A stretch of 64,000 nt of DNA from a virus, in IMG/VR virus record IMGVR_UViG_3300035510_000237, one strand, 5' to 3'. Every line of letters starts with the position of its first letter. The first letter of the stretch is position 1. This document shows, in pieces, positions 7,733 to 16,671 of the stretch. The notes under the pieces are model-generated. The model was not told the origin of the DNA. It did not search any database and saw only the letters and a list, made by a program, of their open reading frames with translations. The position numbers and the translations under genes were made by a program.

Positions 7733-7771
7733 AAGGCGAGCGCGCAAGCGCTCATATGCTCGCCTTTTTGA
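7733..7771 (+). terminator. rho-independent terminator
   Basis: AAGGCGAGCGCGCaaGCGCtcatatGCTCGCCTT + TTTG. Confidence 0.6.
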
Positions 7772-7782
7772 ACTTCTAGCAC

Positions 7783-7811
7783 TTGACTTTTAATAAAAAA
7801 TATGTTATAAT
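7783..7811 (+). promoter_or_regulatory. class-2 promoter (first of three tandem)
   Basis: TTGACT-17-TATAAT within TTGACTTTTAATAAAAAATATGTTATAATA cassette. Confidence 0.6.
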
Positions 7812-7844
7812 ATTAAAAAAACACATAAATAGCGGGCGCCGCAT

Positions 7845-7873
7845 TTGACTTTAATTAAAAAATATGATACAAT
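7845..7873 (+). promoter_or_regulatory. class-2 promoter
   Basis: TTGACTTTAATTAAAAAATATGATACAAT. Confidence 0.55.
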
Positions 7874-7906
7874 AATAAAAAAAATATTTTTTTATTATTA
7901 TTTTAT

Positions 7907-7935
7907 TTGATTTTAAAAAAATTTTATGTTATAAT
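7907..7935 (+). promoter_or_regulatory. class-2 promoter
   Basis: TTGATTTTAAAAAAATTTTATGTTATAATATATATAC. Confidence 0.6.
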
Positions 7936-7968
7936 ATATATACAAAAGATATAAAGGAGTCAGATATT

Positions 7969-8514
7969 ATGTTTGATGTTAATGACATTCTTAGTCAGCT
8001 GAAGGATGGTAGAAGCATTGAGGATATTGCGGATGATTTTTCTGTAGTCCTAAATGCAGCTGCGAAGCAGAAGGCAAAGGAAGAGGAAGCTGCGCGAGCC
8101 GCAGAAGAGGCAAAAGCTAAGAAGGCTGCTGAGGAAGCTAAGGCTAAGAAGAGAACCGCAGAGAAGGAAAAGGCTGCTGATTATCTCATTCAGAACTTTA
8201 TTGGCTTCATTAAGGAATTCTATCCTGATGTAGAACTGAGCAAGGATGAACCGGTCACTGGGGCAGAGTTGATTAAAACACTTGATTCACTTTTCAGTAT
8301 CTATGGAAGTATTAAGACATCCCTTGATAAGCTTGCAAATGGCTTCTCTACTACTACTACTACTACAGCAACAGGTCCTAATGGCGGTGAAGCTACTATT
8401 AATTACGCAGTAAACTGGGGTGATAGTGTTGATTCTATTTTTAATACTATTAATAACACCTTTTCAGATACAGACCCGCTTACAAAGTTTCTTGATGTTA
8501 ATGGCCTGCTTTAA
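7969..8514 (+). CDS. hypothetical protein (EAKAKK repeats, poly-Thr tract)
   Basis: RBS AAAGGAGTCAGATATTATG; 181 aa. Confidence 0.55.
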   Translation: MFDVNDILSQLKDGRSIEDIADDFSVVLNAAAKQKAKEEEAARAAEEAKAKKAAEEAKAKKRTAEKEKAADYLIQNFIGFIKEFYPDVELSKDEPVTGAELIKTLDSLFSIYGSIKTSLDKLANGFSTTTTTTATGPNGGEATINYAVNWGDSVDSIFNTINNTFSDTDPLTKFLDVNGLL

Positions 8515-9363
8515 TTGAAAAAGCCTCGAAAATTTAGATAAAAACTTAAAAATAAAGAGATGTTCGTGAGAACTAAAATTTGTTCCACAGAATGGCAATC
8601 TGAATTAGTTTTGAAATAAGTTTTCTGAGCCAAGAGGAAAAAAGAAAAGCGTTGTACTTTGACAAATAAATAAAGTGTTTAGTTAGAGGAAAGAGGAGGA
8701 CGGGCTAGCGGAGACGGTGAAAAGAGGTAGCGTAAAGAGCGGAGCACGCCTATCTCACATTTTCAGAGATTTTTCTTTAATTTCTTTAAAATTTTTAAAA
8801 ATTTTTCTTTACTCTTTAGAAAATTTTTTACATTTTTTTCAAAAAATTTTCTTTGCTTCTAAGAATTTCTTTGCGTTTTAAAGTTTATCCCAATCCCTCC
8901 ATTGACCTTCCACTATTTAGATATTTTCAAAAAAATTTTCAAAAATTTTTTCTACCATTTGTACTAAAAATATCTAATTAGCCTCTTGTCTCCTCCAAAA
9001 GCATTCTAAATATTATACCTACCTAAAAAATTATTTTATTATAACACTAAAAGGTATTCAATATATGATTAAATATATTGAATACCTTTTTTCTTTTTAT
9101 CTGCGCAAAAATCAAATCATTTTTCCATTTGTTCCTTGCCTCTTTTTTCAAATGAGTTTTTCAAATCCTTCTTGGCCCCGGATTTTCAAATCATTTTTCA
9201 AACCTAACCCACCCCCTCTAAAACCTTCCTTCTCTTTGCGGCCCCTCCCCCTATTTGGGCGCGAAACCTTCCCAAGGGTAGATAAAGTTTTCTTGGAGAG
9301 CGAAGCTCGGAAAGAAACTTTATCTACCCTATATTATTTAGTATTATTTTATTACTTAGATAA

Positions 9364-9438
9364 TCTATCACGTTTTACCCATTTTAATACGAAGCATCTA
9401 TCACGTTTTACCCATACGAACTATCACATTTTACCCAT
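9364..9438. repeat. three direct iterons ATCTATCACGTTTTACCCAT
   Basis: copies at 9364-9383, 9396-9415, 9419-9438 (third AACTATCACATTTTACCCAT). Confidence 0.65.
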
Positions 9439-10066
9439 TTAATTGTTTGACTTCCTTATCAACAACCTTAAAACTGAATCCAACAAGCCGCTTCCTCTAC
9501 ATTTTCCCATCATAAAACTCGCAATACTCTATCAACCCAGTATTATGCAAAAAACGTAGCGCATTATTAATAACCTCATAACCTGCACGATGATTCTTTA
9601 CCGAGAGACCGATGTGCTCGCCAAGCTCCTCAGAACTAAACTCATAAAAGCGATTATTTTTCTAAGCAAATTTAAAACGCTAACCAAGATATACATAAAT
9701 TTTAATAATATGTTCTTTACAGTTATCGTTTAAATACTATAATGTATCCAATGGTATCATAAAAAATATATCTTCCATTTCTGGTAAAATATAATTATCT
9801 CCATCTTCTTCCACATAGCCCTTCTCTTTCAAATAATTAAAATGACTTCTATAAGTTTTCGGACTCTTAATACCAAGCTTTTCACATAATACTGTCTACT
9901 TTGGCAAATCTTTGCGGTTTACCACTGTATCATACCCTCCGTCTGGCCTTTTAACAGGTCTTGACAAACTCTATAAAATAGCATATAATTCACTATTAAT
10001 CTTCTTATCGTTTAAAAAAGTTAAGACGTCTAAGCTAGTATCGGCAGGAATACGTTTTGATGTCAC
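9431..10066 (-). CDS. putative replication initiator with tandem winged-helix-like domains (5 in-frame TAG codons, read as Gln)
   Basis: minus-strand RBS GGAAGGAGG 7 nt before GTG; frame open 211 codons only if TAG is sense; VTSKRIPADTSLDVLTFLNDKK...GYDTVVNRKDLPKQTVLCEKLGIKSPKTYRSHFNYLKEKGYV. Confidence 0.5.
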
Positions 10067-10117
10067 ATTAACACCTCCTTCCACTAACTTATAAAATTCA
10101 AAAAGGTAAAAATAAAA

Positions 10118-10340
10118 ATTTTTACCCAAACAATTGAAGCAACTATCTAAAATTACCTAAATTTTTTACCCTTTTATTAAAGTAATATGAAGCATCTATC
10201 TCATTTTACCTATTTTTTTTACCCATTCATTTACTTGAGACCAACTAATAGAAATTTTTGGACAAAACTATAGAAAAATTTGGACACTTTTATAGAAATT
10301 TTTGACCATTCTATAGAAAAAAATGACCATTTTTACTTAC
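10118..10340. repeat. second iteron set (TTTTACCC boxes and three TATAGAAAAATTTGGACA-type repeats)
   Basis: TTTTTACCC at 10119, 10166, 10219; GAAGCATCTATCTCATTTTACC 10189-10210; TATAGAAAAATTTGGACA / TATAGAAATTTTTGACCA / TATAGAAAAAAATGACCA at 10269-10332. Confidence 0.6.
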
Positions 10341-10352
10341 AACGTCCAAAAA

Positions 10353-10381
10353 TTGATTTTTAAATAAAAATATATTATAAT
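10353..10381 (+). promoter_or_regulatory. class-2 promoter
   Basis: TTGATTTTTAAATAAAAATATATTATAATATTTATAGAAA. Confidence 0.65.
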
Positions 10382-10416
10382 ATTTATAGAAAATTAATAA
10401 AGAAGGAGTTTATACC

Positions 10417-10659
10417 ATGAGTTCCAACAATTATTTTATTTACAAAGTAATTTGGTTTGATGATGACAATTATGAAGAAATCACCCATTACGGGACCACC
10501 TTTGGCCATTCTTATGCAGAAGCCATGAGTAATGTTATTGCAGATTATGGTGAAAATGAATCTATCTCCATTGAACTCAAAAAGCTTGCCGACGAAAATA
10601 CTCTGCGGCTTGACCAAGATACCTGTAATAAAATTTATAATGATGATTACAACGATTAA
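10417..10659 (+). CDS. hypothetical protein
   Basis: RBS AAAGAAGGAGTTTATACCATG. Confidence 0.55.
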   Translation: MSSNNYFIYKVIWFDDDNYEEITHYGTTFGHSYAEAMSNVIADYGENESISIELKKLADENTLRLDQDTCNKIYNDDYND

Positions 10660-10711
10660 ATGCGCTTTACCAATTTTTTGGCAATCCGCATTGATAAAAG
10701 GAGTCTAAAAT

Positions 10712-11038
10712 ATGATTGAAAATAGTTTTGTCATTCTTAAAGGATATAAGCTTACTGAAGAAGAAGCAAATCTTCTTCACGAAGACCCAATCGCAAAAAA
10801 TTATATGCGTAAATCTAATAGTTAGGTTGCGCATCCTAAATACATCCTAGGTTATCACCTCAATAGCTACTATAGTATTGATAAAGGCCAATGTTATATG
10901 CGATACTATATAATAGATGATATTTATAGTATTGACGTACTTAAAGATGAAGAAACAGAAAAAGCTCTTACTGAAATCGCAGAGAAATATAATATTGACA
11001 GGCCCATGCACATTTATTTTGGCATTGAAGTCTACTAA
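10712..11038 (+). CDS. hypothetical protein (1 in-frame TAG), paralog of 11052..11381
   Basis: RBS AAAAGGAGTCTAAAATATG; ends ..YFGIEVY like neighbour ..YIGVEVYY. Confidence 0.5.
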
Positions 11039-11051
11039 AGGAGGCATTTAT

Positions 11052-11381
11052 ATGGCAGAACGAAGAGTCGTTATTCAAAGAGATTATCGAATTACAGAAG
11101 AGCAAGCCAATATGATTCTGAAAAATAATTCTGAAAAATGGTATCTTAATTATTCTAATATATATATCAAAGACCCTGAATACCTTCTCAGCTATCGCAT
11201 TGACCTTGATGACTTAATTATTTTAAATAATAACCATTATTATACTATTCAAGACCTGGAAGATAGTGACTTAAAAAATTGTCTCTTTCCAGCGGCAGAA
11301 GAAACCGTAACAAAAATCGCTAAAAAATATGGTATTACAGAACCAATAAAAACTTATATTGGAGTTGAGGTGTATTATTAA
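11052..11381 (+). CDS. hypothetical protein, paralog of 10712..11038
   Basis: RBS AAAGGAGGCATTTATATG. Confidence 0.55.
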   Translation: MAERRVVIQRDYRITEEQANMILKNNSEKWYLNYSNIYIKDPEYLLSYRIDLDDLIILNNNHYYTIQDLEDSDLKNCLFPAAEETVTKIAKKYGITEPIKTYIGVEVYY

Positions 11382-11659
11382 TGTATACCAATGATTTAAA
11401 CCGACCTTCTATAGGTTCAAACTATACAATTCATGGCTGGAAGATTTCTACTGAACTTGCGGCAAGCTTGCCTGAAGAAGCGCAGAAGCTATATCTACTG
11501 AATCCTACACCAAGTTGGCCGCATCCTTCTAACTACTATTTTGGCTACTATGAAGACAGTGGCTCGCGCAATGAACTTGAGCGCGCCATTAGATTTATGG
11601 CTTGCGTATATAATTTCGATTCTTCCATTCCGGAAATTTTTCAGGGAGTGATACTATGA
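11381..11659 (+). CDS. hypothetical protein
   Basis: ATGA-type overlap with upstream gene. Confidence 0.5.
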   Translation: MYTNDLNRPSIGSNYTIHGWKISTELAASLPEEAQKLYLLNPTPSWPHPSNYYFGYYEDSGSRNELERAIRFMACVYNFDSSIPEIFQGVIL

Positions 11660-12105
11660 CTCATTATTGTAAATCTTGCGGACTTCTTAATCCAAAAGAT
11701 AGTGTTTGCATTCTCCTAAAGCGAGCAGTTGATCCAGAAAAGGATTTCTGTAGCTCTTTTCAAAGTCAGAATTATATTTGCGCTCGATGCAATAAGATTA
11801 CTTTAGCGCCAATTATTAACAAAGATGGAGCGCAAATCCTTTGTCAGAAATGCGCCGGAGAATTAGGGACTTGCGCCACTTGCAATAACTCTAATGTATG
11901 TTCTTTTGAAACCAGTTCTTCTTCCACTCCAAAAGTCATTCAACAAAAGGTCCAAACTCCTATGGGAGAAGCAATTAATCAAACGAAGAACCCTGCTAGA
12001 ATTGAAGAGACTTGTAAAAAAGGCTGCGAGTGTTATAAGGAAGACTATGGATGTCTAAAGGAAAATAATCATTGCGGCAACTGGACCTCCAATACTTATA
12101 ATTAA
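11656..12105 (+). CDS. Cys-rich (CxxC x several) hypothetical protein
   Basis: CKSCG, CARCN, CQKCAGELGTCATCNNSNVC motifs. Confidence 0.5.
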   Translation: MTHYCKSCGLLNPKDSVCILLKRAVDPEKDFCSSFQSQNYICARCNKITLAPIINKDGAQILCQKCAGELGTCATCNNSNVCSFETSSSSTPKVIQQKVQTPMGEAINQTKNPARIEETCKKGCECYKEDYGCLKENNHCGNWTSNTYN

Positions 12106-12163
12106 TTTATATAATAATTATACTAAATAAAAAATTAAAAATCAAGTAATAGGAGAATTTAAA

Positions 12164-12607
12164 ATGGAATTCATACTCGGCACGTTACTTATTTGTATTC
12201 TTATTGCTTTTATAATTTTTCTTATTCTATTTTTATCTCTTAAATCTAGTTTTAATAACGATAATATTAAAAATAGTATTACCTTATCTTATAAAGATTT
12301 TCAAACATATTACTCTTTAAATACTTATCGTTGGACTCTATATCCTGATGCTCTTTATGTAAATGTATGGCCGGTTGAATATAGAGTCAATCTTAAAACT
12401 AATATGGATGTCTTTAGATACCATAGAGCTTATAATAAAATTCAAGAGGATAAGTTTAAAAAGCGAGAAAATAAAAACTTAATGGATTTTCTAGCTGCTA
12501 TGCAAAATGATATAAATACATTGCGTGAAAAGGCTAATAAAGAACTAGAAACAGGCGCTAAAACTACTCATGATATAGCTCTTGATATTATAAAAGGTGA
12601 TAATTAA
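12164..12607 (+). CDS. membrane protein, paralog pair A
   Basis: N-terminal TM helix; TYYSLNTYRW motif; RBS AGGAGAATTTAAAATG. Confidence 0.55.
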   Translation: MEFILGTLLICILIAFIIFLILFLSLKSSFNNDNIKNSITLSYKDFQTYYSLNTYRWTLYPDALYVNVWPVEYRVNLKTNMDVFRYHRAYNKIQEDKFKKRENKNLMDFLAAMQNDINTLREKANKELETGAKTTHDIALDIIKGDN

Positions 12608-13118
12608 TATGAACGTTCTTCTTACTATTGTTTCAATTATTCTAGTTATAGCTCTACCTGTTATTATTTTTTATTTGTATTATCTTAAACAAACTTTTAG
12701 TTTAAGTATGGACGATTTCCACCCACTTGAAAGCTCCATTGTATATCTATCTTATGGGGATTTTTTACATTATTATCATTTAAACCCAGACCGTTGGATA
12801 CTTGCCTATGATGGCATTATTATGAAAACTGGTGATAGAGTAAAAATTCTGCCCGGACTTTCTGGAATGACTGTAGACAAAACTATTGCAATTAAATTTG
12901 AAAAACTTTCAGAAATCTTTAAATATAGAAAATTCTATAAACAAAAAATAAAAAATGAAAATCAAGTTAAAAAAGATAAGGCTACTATAGAACTTCTACA
13001 AATAATTCAAAAAGATATAGATAATCTGCGGGCGCAGGCTAACCAGGAACTAAAAGAAGGCGCAGAAGCAACTATAGAAGTAGTAAATAATCTTAATGAA
13101 AAAGACCTTTATCTATAA
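12597..13118 (+). CDS. membrane protein, paralog pair A'
   Basis: N-terminal TM helix; HYYHLNPDRW motif; overlaps upstream gene. Confidence 0.55.
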   Translation: MIINMNVLLTIVSIILVIALPVIIFYLYYLKQTFSLSMDDFHPLESSIVYLSYGDFLHYYHLNPDRWILAYDGIIMKTGDRVKILPGLSGMTVDKTIAIKFEKLSEIFKYRKFYKQKIKNENQVKKDKATIELLQIIQKDIDNLRAQANQELKEGAEATIEVVNNLNEKDLYL

Positions 13119-13124
13119 CTAAAT

Positions 13125-13166
13125 AAATCCCCTTATCAAGTATAAGGGGATTTATTTGTTTTTTAT
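13125..13166 (+). terminator. rho-independent terminator
   Basis: AAATCCCCTTA..TAAGGGGATTT + TGTTTTTT. Confidence 0.7.
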
Positions 13167-13184
13167 TAAAAAATATATTATAAT
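13156..13184 (+). promoter_or_regulatory. class-2 promoter with class-1-type leader
   Basis: TTGTTTTTTATTAAAAAATATATTATAATATATATAGAAATTGAGGAAAGGAATTGATAAATATG. Confidence 0.65.
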
Positions 13185-13217
13185 ATATATAGAAATTGAG
13201 GAAAGGAATTGATAAAT

Positions 13218-13931
13218 ATGCCAACTGCTAAGACATACCAGAAATTTGAGATTATTGGTAGCCCTTATCCCGTTAAAGGTAAGCAGTATATTAAAGTGCG
13301 CGATTCTAAAGGAAATGTAAAGCAGTGCCGTTGGTATACCGAGAAAGAATATGCTAAAATGTATGGCGAACCTGTTCCTGAAGGATGCAACAAGCAGTTT
13401 TCTCAGAAAGAAGCTCTTGGTTTCCAGAATGGATATATCACTGTCTTTAAAGGTGATACATATTCTCACCTTGATTGGTTCCGCCAGTCCATTGCAAGAT
13501 ATACTCGCTTTTGGGGCTGGTATATTGTTTCAACGGATGCAATTCCTGAAGATGTACCAGAAGATTTAACTCCCGTTCAATTACCGTGGGATTCTGTTGG
13601 AACCGACTCTGGCGATTTGAAATCTGAGACTGAAATCAAGGGAATTATTGATTCTTTAATCTATGAACCTTCTCCGTCTGAATATCAGGGTAATATTGGC
13701 GAAATGATTGAGCGCACTCTTACGGTTAAGAAGAATATTCCTTTAGATGGCGCTTATGGAACCAGTTTTATGCACGTTTTTACTGACGAAGATGAAAATG
13801 TTTATGTATGGACGACGAAGGCCAAGAATTGGGCTGTCGATTCTGTCCATTACATTAAGGGCAAAGTTAAAGACCATAAGCTTTATCAGAATACCCAGCA
13901 GACAGTAATAAATTATGTAAAGGAGATTTAA
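13218..13931 (+). CDS. hypothetical protein
   Basis: 238 aa; ATG after GGAATTGATAAAT leader. Confidence 0.55.
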   Translation: MPTAKTYQKFEIIGSPYPVKGKQYIKVRDSKGNVKQCRWYTEKEYAKMYGEPVPEGCNKQFSQKEALGFQNGYITVFKGDTYSHLDWFRQSIARYTRFWGWYIVSTDAIPEDVPEDLTPVQLPWDSVGTDSGDLKSETEIKGIIDSLIYEPSPSEYQGNIGEMIERTLTVKKNIPLDGAYGTSFMHVFTDEDENVYVWTTKAKNWAVDSVHYIKGKVKDHKLYQNTQQTVINYVKEI

Positions 13932-13933
13932 AG

Positions 13934-14233
13934 ATGGCTAAGTATAGAATTTTTGCGGGCGTCTTTGAAGCCTATTATGTTGACACTATTGAGTTTGAAA
14001 CTCTCGCCGAGGCCGAAGAGTATGCGCGCAACCTTGCTATTGAAGAGTTTCAGAACAATGAAGAAGATGTTCCTACGTGGGAAGATATTAAGGAGCAGCT
14101 TGAATTTGAATATTTTTGCGGCACTGACAGCACAGTTCCCGATAAGCTAGTTGATAAGTTCTATTGGGACTATCTTGAAGATTCTATTGTTTATTATGCT
14201 ATCTCAGAATCATTTGACGGGAGATTTGAATAA
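13934..14233 (+). CDS. hypothetical acidic protein, paralog pair B
   Basis: EDVPTWEDIKEQLEFEYF shared with next gene. Confidence 0.5.
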   Translation: MAKYRIFAGVFEAYYVDTIEFETLAEAEEYARNLAIEEFQNNEEDVPTWEDIKEQLEFEYFCGTDSTVPDKLVDKFYWDYLEDSIVYYAISESFDGRFE

Positions 14234-14526
14234 TGCCAAAATATAAACTCTATTCTGGTTTAAATCCCGACCCTGATGAAGTTGGTTATTTCAGCACAGC
14301 TTATTGCGACAATCAGCATGAAGCTGAAGAATTGGCATTTAATCTAGCTGTAGACCTTTTTGAAAACGACCCAGAATGCCCAACCTGGGATGATATATAT
14401 GAGCAGTTGCAGGCTGAATATTGGCCCGAACCTATTGACGATAATGAAGAGCTTATTTATGAAAATTATTGGGACATGGTAAATAGATATATTTGTTTCT
14501 ATGCTGAAGAAGTAGAGGAGGACTAA
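14233..14526 (+). CDS. hypothetical acidic protein, paralog pair B'
   Basis: PECPTWDDIYEQLQAEYW. Confidence 0.5.
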   Translation: MPKYKLYSGLNPDPDEVGYFSTAYCDNQHEAEELAFNLAVDLFENDPECPTWDDIYEQLQAEYWPEPIDDNEELIYENYWDMVNRYICFYAEEVEED

Positions 14527-14527
14527 T

Positions 14528-14686
14528 ATGACAAAATTTCTTTTGATTTGCTGGATGGTAACTTTTGTTGTAAACATTGGTAGAGCCACCAACAAAGATG
14601 AAGATGGGCCTACCTGGAGTGAACTTCTTATAGATGAATTTATGATAATTTTGTTACTTTTTAATGATTTGATTGTGGGGGTATAA
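14528..14686 (+). CDS. small membrane protein (family of three)
   Basis: 52 aa, single TM. Confidence 0.4.
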   Translation: MTKFLLICWMVTFVVNIGRATNKDEDGPTWSELLIDEFMIILLLFNDLIVGV

Positions 14687-14688
14687 AA

Positions 14689-14835
14689 ATGAATCTTTTT
14701 ATTTTGATTGTTTGGTCTCTTGTACTAATTTTAAATAGCATTCAAGCTATCATGGGAGAAGAGCCTTATTGGGCACAAGTAATTTTAGCCGATGCGGTTA
14801 TTGTATTTATAGCTATCGGCAATATGGTAAGTTAA
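14689..14835 (+). CDS. small membrane protein
   Basis: 48 aa, single TM. Confidence 0.4.
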   Translation: MNLFILIVWSLVLILNSIQAIMGEEPYWAQVILADAVIVFIAIGNMVS

Positions 14836-15009
14836 ATGCAAAAACTTTGGTTTATCGTTCTGCTCATAGAAATAGCAATATTTATGCTTGGCGGCAAGCC
14901 TAATTGGGCAGAAGTGTTTGTTCCGACAATTTATTGTTTTGCTTATGAGGTGTATTGTTCCATAGATTGGGACGAAGAAGATTATGATGATAAGGAGGAA
15001 GAAAAATGA
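14836..15009 (+). CDS. small membrane protein
   Basis: 57 aa, TM + acidic tail. Confidence 0.4.
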   Translation: MQKLWFIVLLIEIAIFMLGGKPNWAEVFVPTIYCFAYEVYCSIDWDEEDYDDKEEEK

Positions 15010-15278
15010 AAAAGAGAATTGTTGCGCTCGCTCTTATGTGCCTGATGCTAGTAGGTTTGACTGGATGTGCCAGCTGGTCCAGATTCTGGAAGTCTGTTAA
15101 GAGCGATGTTTCCAATGGCATTGACCGCACAGTAACCGTTTATGATTATAATGGCGGTGTTATTGGACAGTGGTCTGGTAAGTTTGATGTTTCTGAGTCA
15201 ACGGATGAAGTATATTTTGACATTGACGGCAAGAGAGTTATCATTCATGGCGGAATTGTAGTTAATGAGGAGAATTAA
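15006..15278 (+). CDS. putative lipoprotein
   Basis: signal peptide with lipobox LTGC. Confidence 0.55.
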   Translation: MKKRIVALALMCLMLVGLTGCASWSRFWKSVKSDVSNGIDRTVTVYDYNGGVIGQWSGKFDVSESTDEVYFDIDGKRVIIHGGIVVNEEN

Positions 15279-15281
15279 TTT

Positions 15282-15788
15282 ATGCTTTTTCTTATTCTTT
15301 GGATAATTTGTGAAGCACTAGGTATGTTTGCCTATCTTTCTAATTATTGGAAAGATGATATTGTTAGCAAAATCATTTGGAGCACAGCAACAACTTTATG
15401 TGCTATAGGAATATCTGCAATTATTACTTTTTTTGCATGGATAATTGTGGATTGTTTTGCGGATACTTCCGTTATAAATATTGAAACCCATGAACTGGCC
15501 GCAATGAGTGATACAAATGTAATTTCCAGATGTCCTTCAGAAGATGGAATGCAGTATGTATTTTTAATTGAAACAGAAGATGGGTTTAAAATGGAAACTG
15601 CTAATGCTACTAAGGAAAGTTATATTAATTTTACAGAAGATGACGATACCCCCTATGTAGATATTTTCTACCACGATTATAAGAATAAGGTAGCGCGTTG
15701 GCTTCTCCCAAATGAAACTAAGCCGACATATTGTTTCTACATTCCCGAAGGTTCAATAGCAGACAATTATAATATAGACCTATCATAA
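15282..15788 (+). CDS. membrane protein
   Basis: two N-terminal TM helices. Confidence 0.5.
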   Translation: MLFLILWIICEALGMFAYLSNYWKDDIVSKIIWSTATTLCAIGISAIITFFAWIIVDCFADTSVINIETHELAAMSDTNVISRCPSEDGMQYVFLIETEDGFKMETANATKESYINFTEDDDTPYVDIFYHDYKNKVARWLLPNETKPTYCFYIPEGSIADNYNIDLS

Positions 15789-15796
15789 TATTTTCT

Positions 15797-15830
15797 AAGC
15801 CTCCTAGTGACTAGGAGGCTTATTTGATTT
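15797..15830 (+). terminator. rho-independent terminator
   Basis: AAGCCTCCTAGTgACTAGGAGGCTT + ATTTGATTTT. Confidence 0.7.
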
Positions 15831-15852
15831 TATTTAAAAAATATATTATAAT
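15824..15852 (+). promoter_or_regulatory. class-2 promoter
   Basis: TTGATTTTATTTAAAAAATATATTATAATATATATAGAAAGTAAAGAAAGGGGATTGATAATTATG. Confidence 0.65.
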
Positions 15853-15886
15853 ATATATAGAAAGTAAAGAAAGGGGATTGATAATT

Positions 15887-16153
15887 ATGGTGTTGCACAT
15901 TGTTGATGAAAGAGGTCTTAAAAAGACTTATCTTAGCGAGACTTCTATTGGTGATTTCTTTTATGATTGGACCGGACATCTTTGCGTGGTGATTGGTCGA
16001 ATTACAATCGGGCCAAAGGAGTTGTCCACGAGCTATTTTGATTTTGAAAGTAATAAAATGCTTTCTGTCAATTGCTCAGAAGATTACCAAATTAATGAAA
16101 TCCTTACTAGCGTTAGTATCAATATTCTTGCGGGTGATGAAGAAAAGGAGTAA
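15887..16153 (+). CDS. hypothetical protein, paralog pair C
   Basis: IGDFFYDWTGHLCVVIGRI; track ORF 15824.. is extended through the promoter. Confidence 0.5.
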   Translation: MVLHIVDERGLKKTYLSETSIGDFFYDWTGHLCVVIGRITIGPKELSTSYFDFESNKMLSVNCSEDYQINEILTSVSINILAGDEEKE

Positions 16154-16159
16154 GTAAAT

Positions 16160-16408
16160 ATGAGTACTGCGGTATATATTGAAGACCCTGGAAGTAGAGG
16201 TTTGACTTTAGACCAGCTAAGCGTTGGAGAATTTTTCTATGACAAAAATAATCATTTGTCAGTCGTTGTATACAAAAGCTACTATAGCGATCTTTATATA
16301 GATTATTTTGATATTGAAAATAGTAGATATGTGTCTTGCGTCCGTGGTGCTAAAGTCCCAATTGTGGGGAAGATTAAAACTATCAACATCTCAGTAGAAA
16401 GGGAGTAA
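16160..16408 (+). CDS. hypothetical protein, paralog pair C'
   Basis: VGEFFYDKNNHLSVVVYKS. Confidence 0.5.
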   Translation: MSTAVYIEDPGSRGLTLDQLSVGEFFYDKNNHLSVVVYKSYYSDLYIDYFDIENSRYVSCVRGAKVPIVGKIKTINISVERE

Positions 16409-16412
16409 TATT

Positions 16413-16604
16413 ATGTCAACAGTTGGTTATTGGGATACTTACCTTGGTTACCAAGCTCGACAGGAAGAGTTTGAGGATATTATCAATACAATTATTGACG
16501 AAGCCCGCAAGGGAAATACCAATTTTACCCTTGATTTGGCTGGAAATTATACCTCTAGTGAAATTGCATATATCGAAAATGAGGTTGCGCGCCGGCTGTC
16601 ATGA
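16413..16604 (+). CDS. hypothetical protein
   Basis: 63 aa. Confidence 0.4.
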   Translation: MSTVGYWDTYLGYQARQEEFEDIINTIIDEARKGNTNFTLDLAGNYTSSEIAYIENEVARRLS

Positions 16605-16611
16605 CCTTTAA

Positions 16612-16640
16612 TTGATTTTATTAAAAATATATAGTATAAT
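16612..16640 (+). promoter_or_regulatory. class-2 promoter
   Basis: TTGATTTTATTAAAAATATATAGTATAATATTTATAGAA. Confidence 0.65.
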
Positions 16641-16671
16641 ATTTATAGAATCAATAAGGGAGGAGATAATT

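Larger units (their letters stand above)
8515..10416. other. putative replication origin region (non-coding AT-rich tracts, two iteron sets, embedded minus-strand initiator gene)
   Basis: no + strand ORFs; A/T tracts 8760-8950; iterons 9364-9438 and 10118-10340. Confidence 0.5.

Noticed and set aside
9065-9442. + strand ORF (125 aa) in the six-frame track
   Set aside because: Low-complexity translation of the iteron/AT-tract origin region. It overlaps the 3' end of the minus-strand Rep-like gene and has no RBS.
9912-10094. + strand ORF (60 aa)
   Set aside because: Antisense to the better-supported minus-strand initiator gene.
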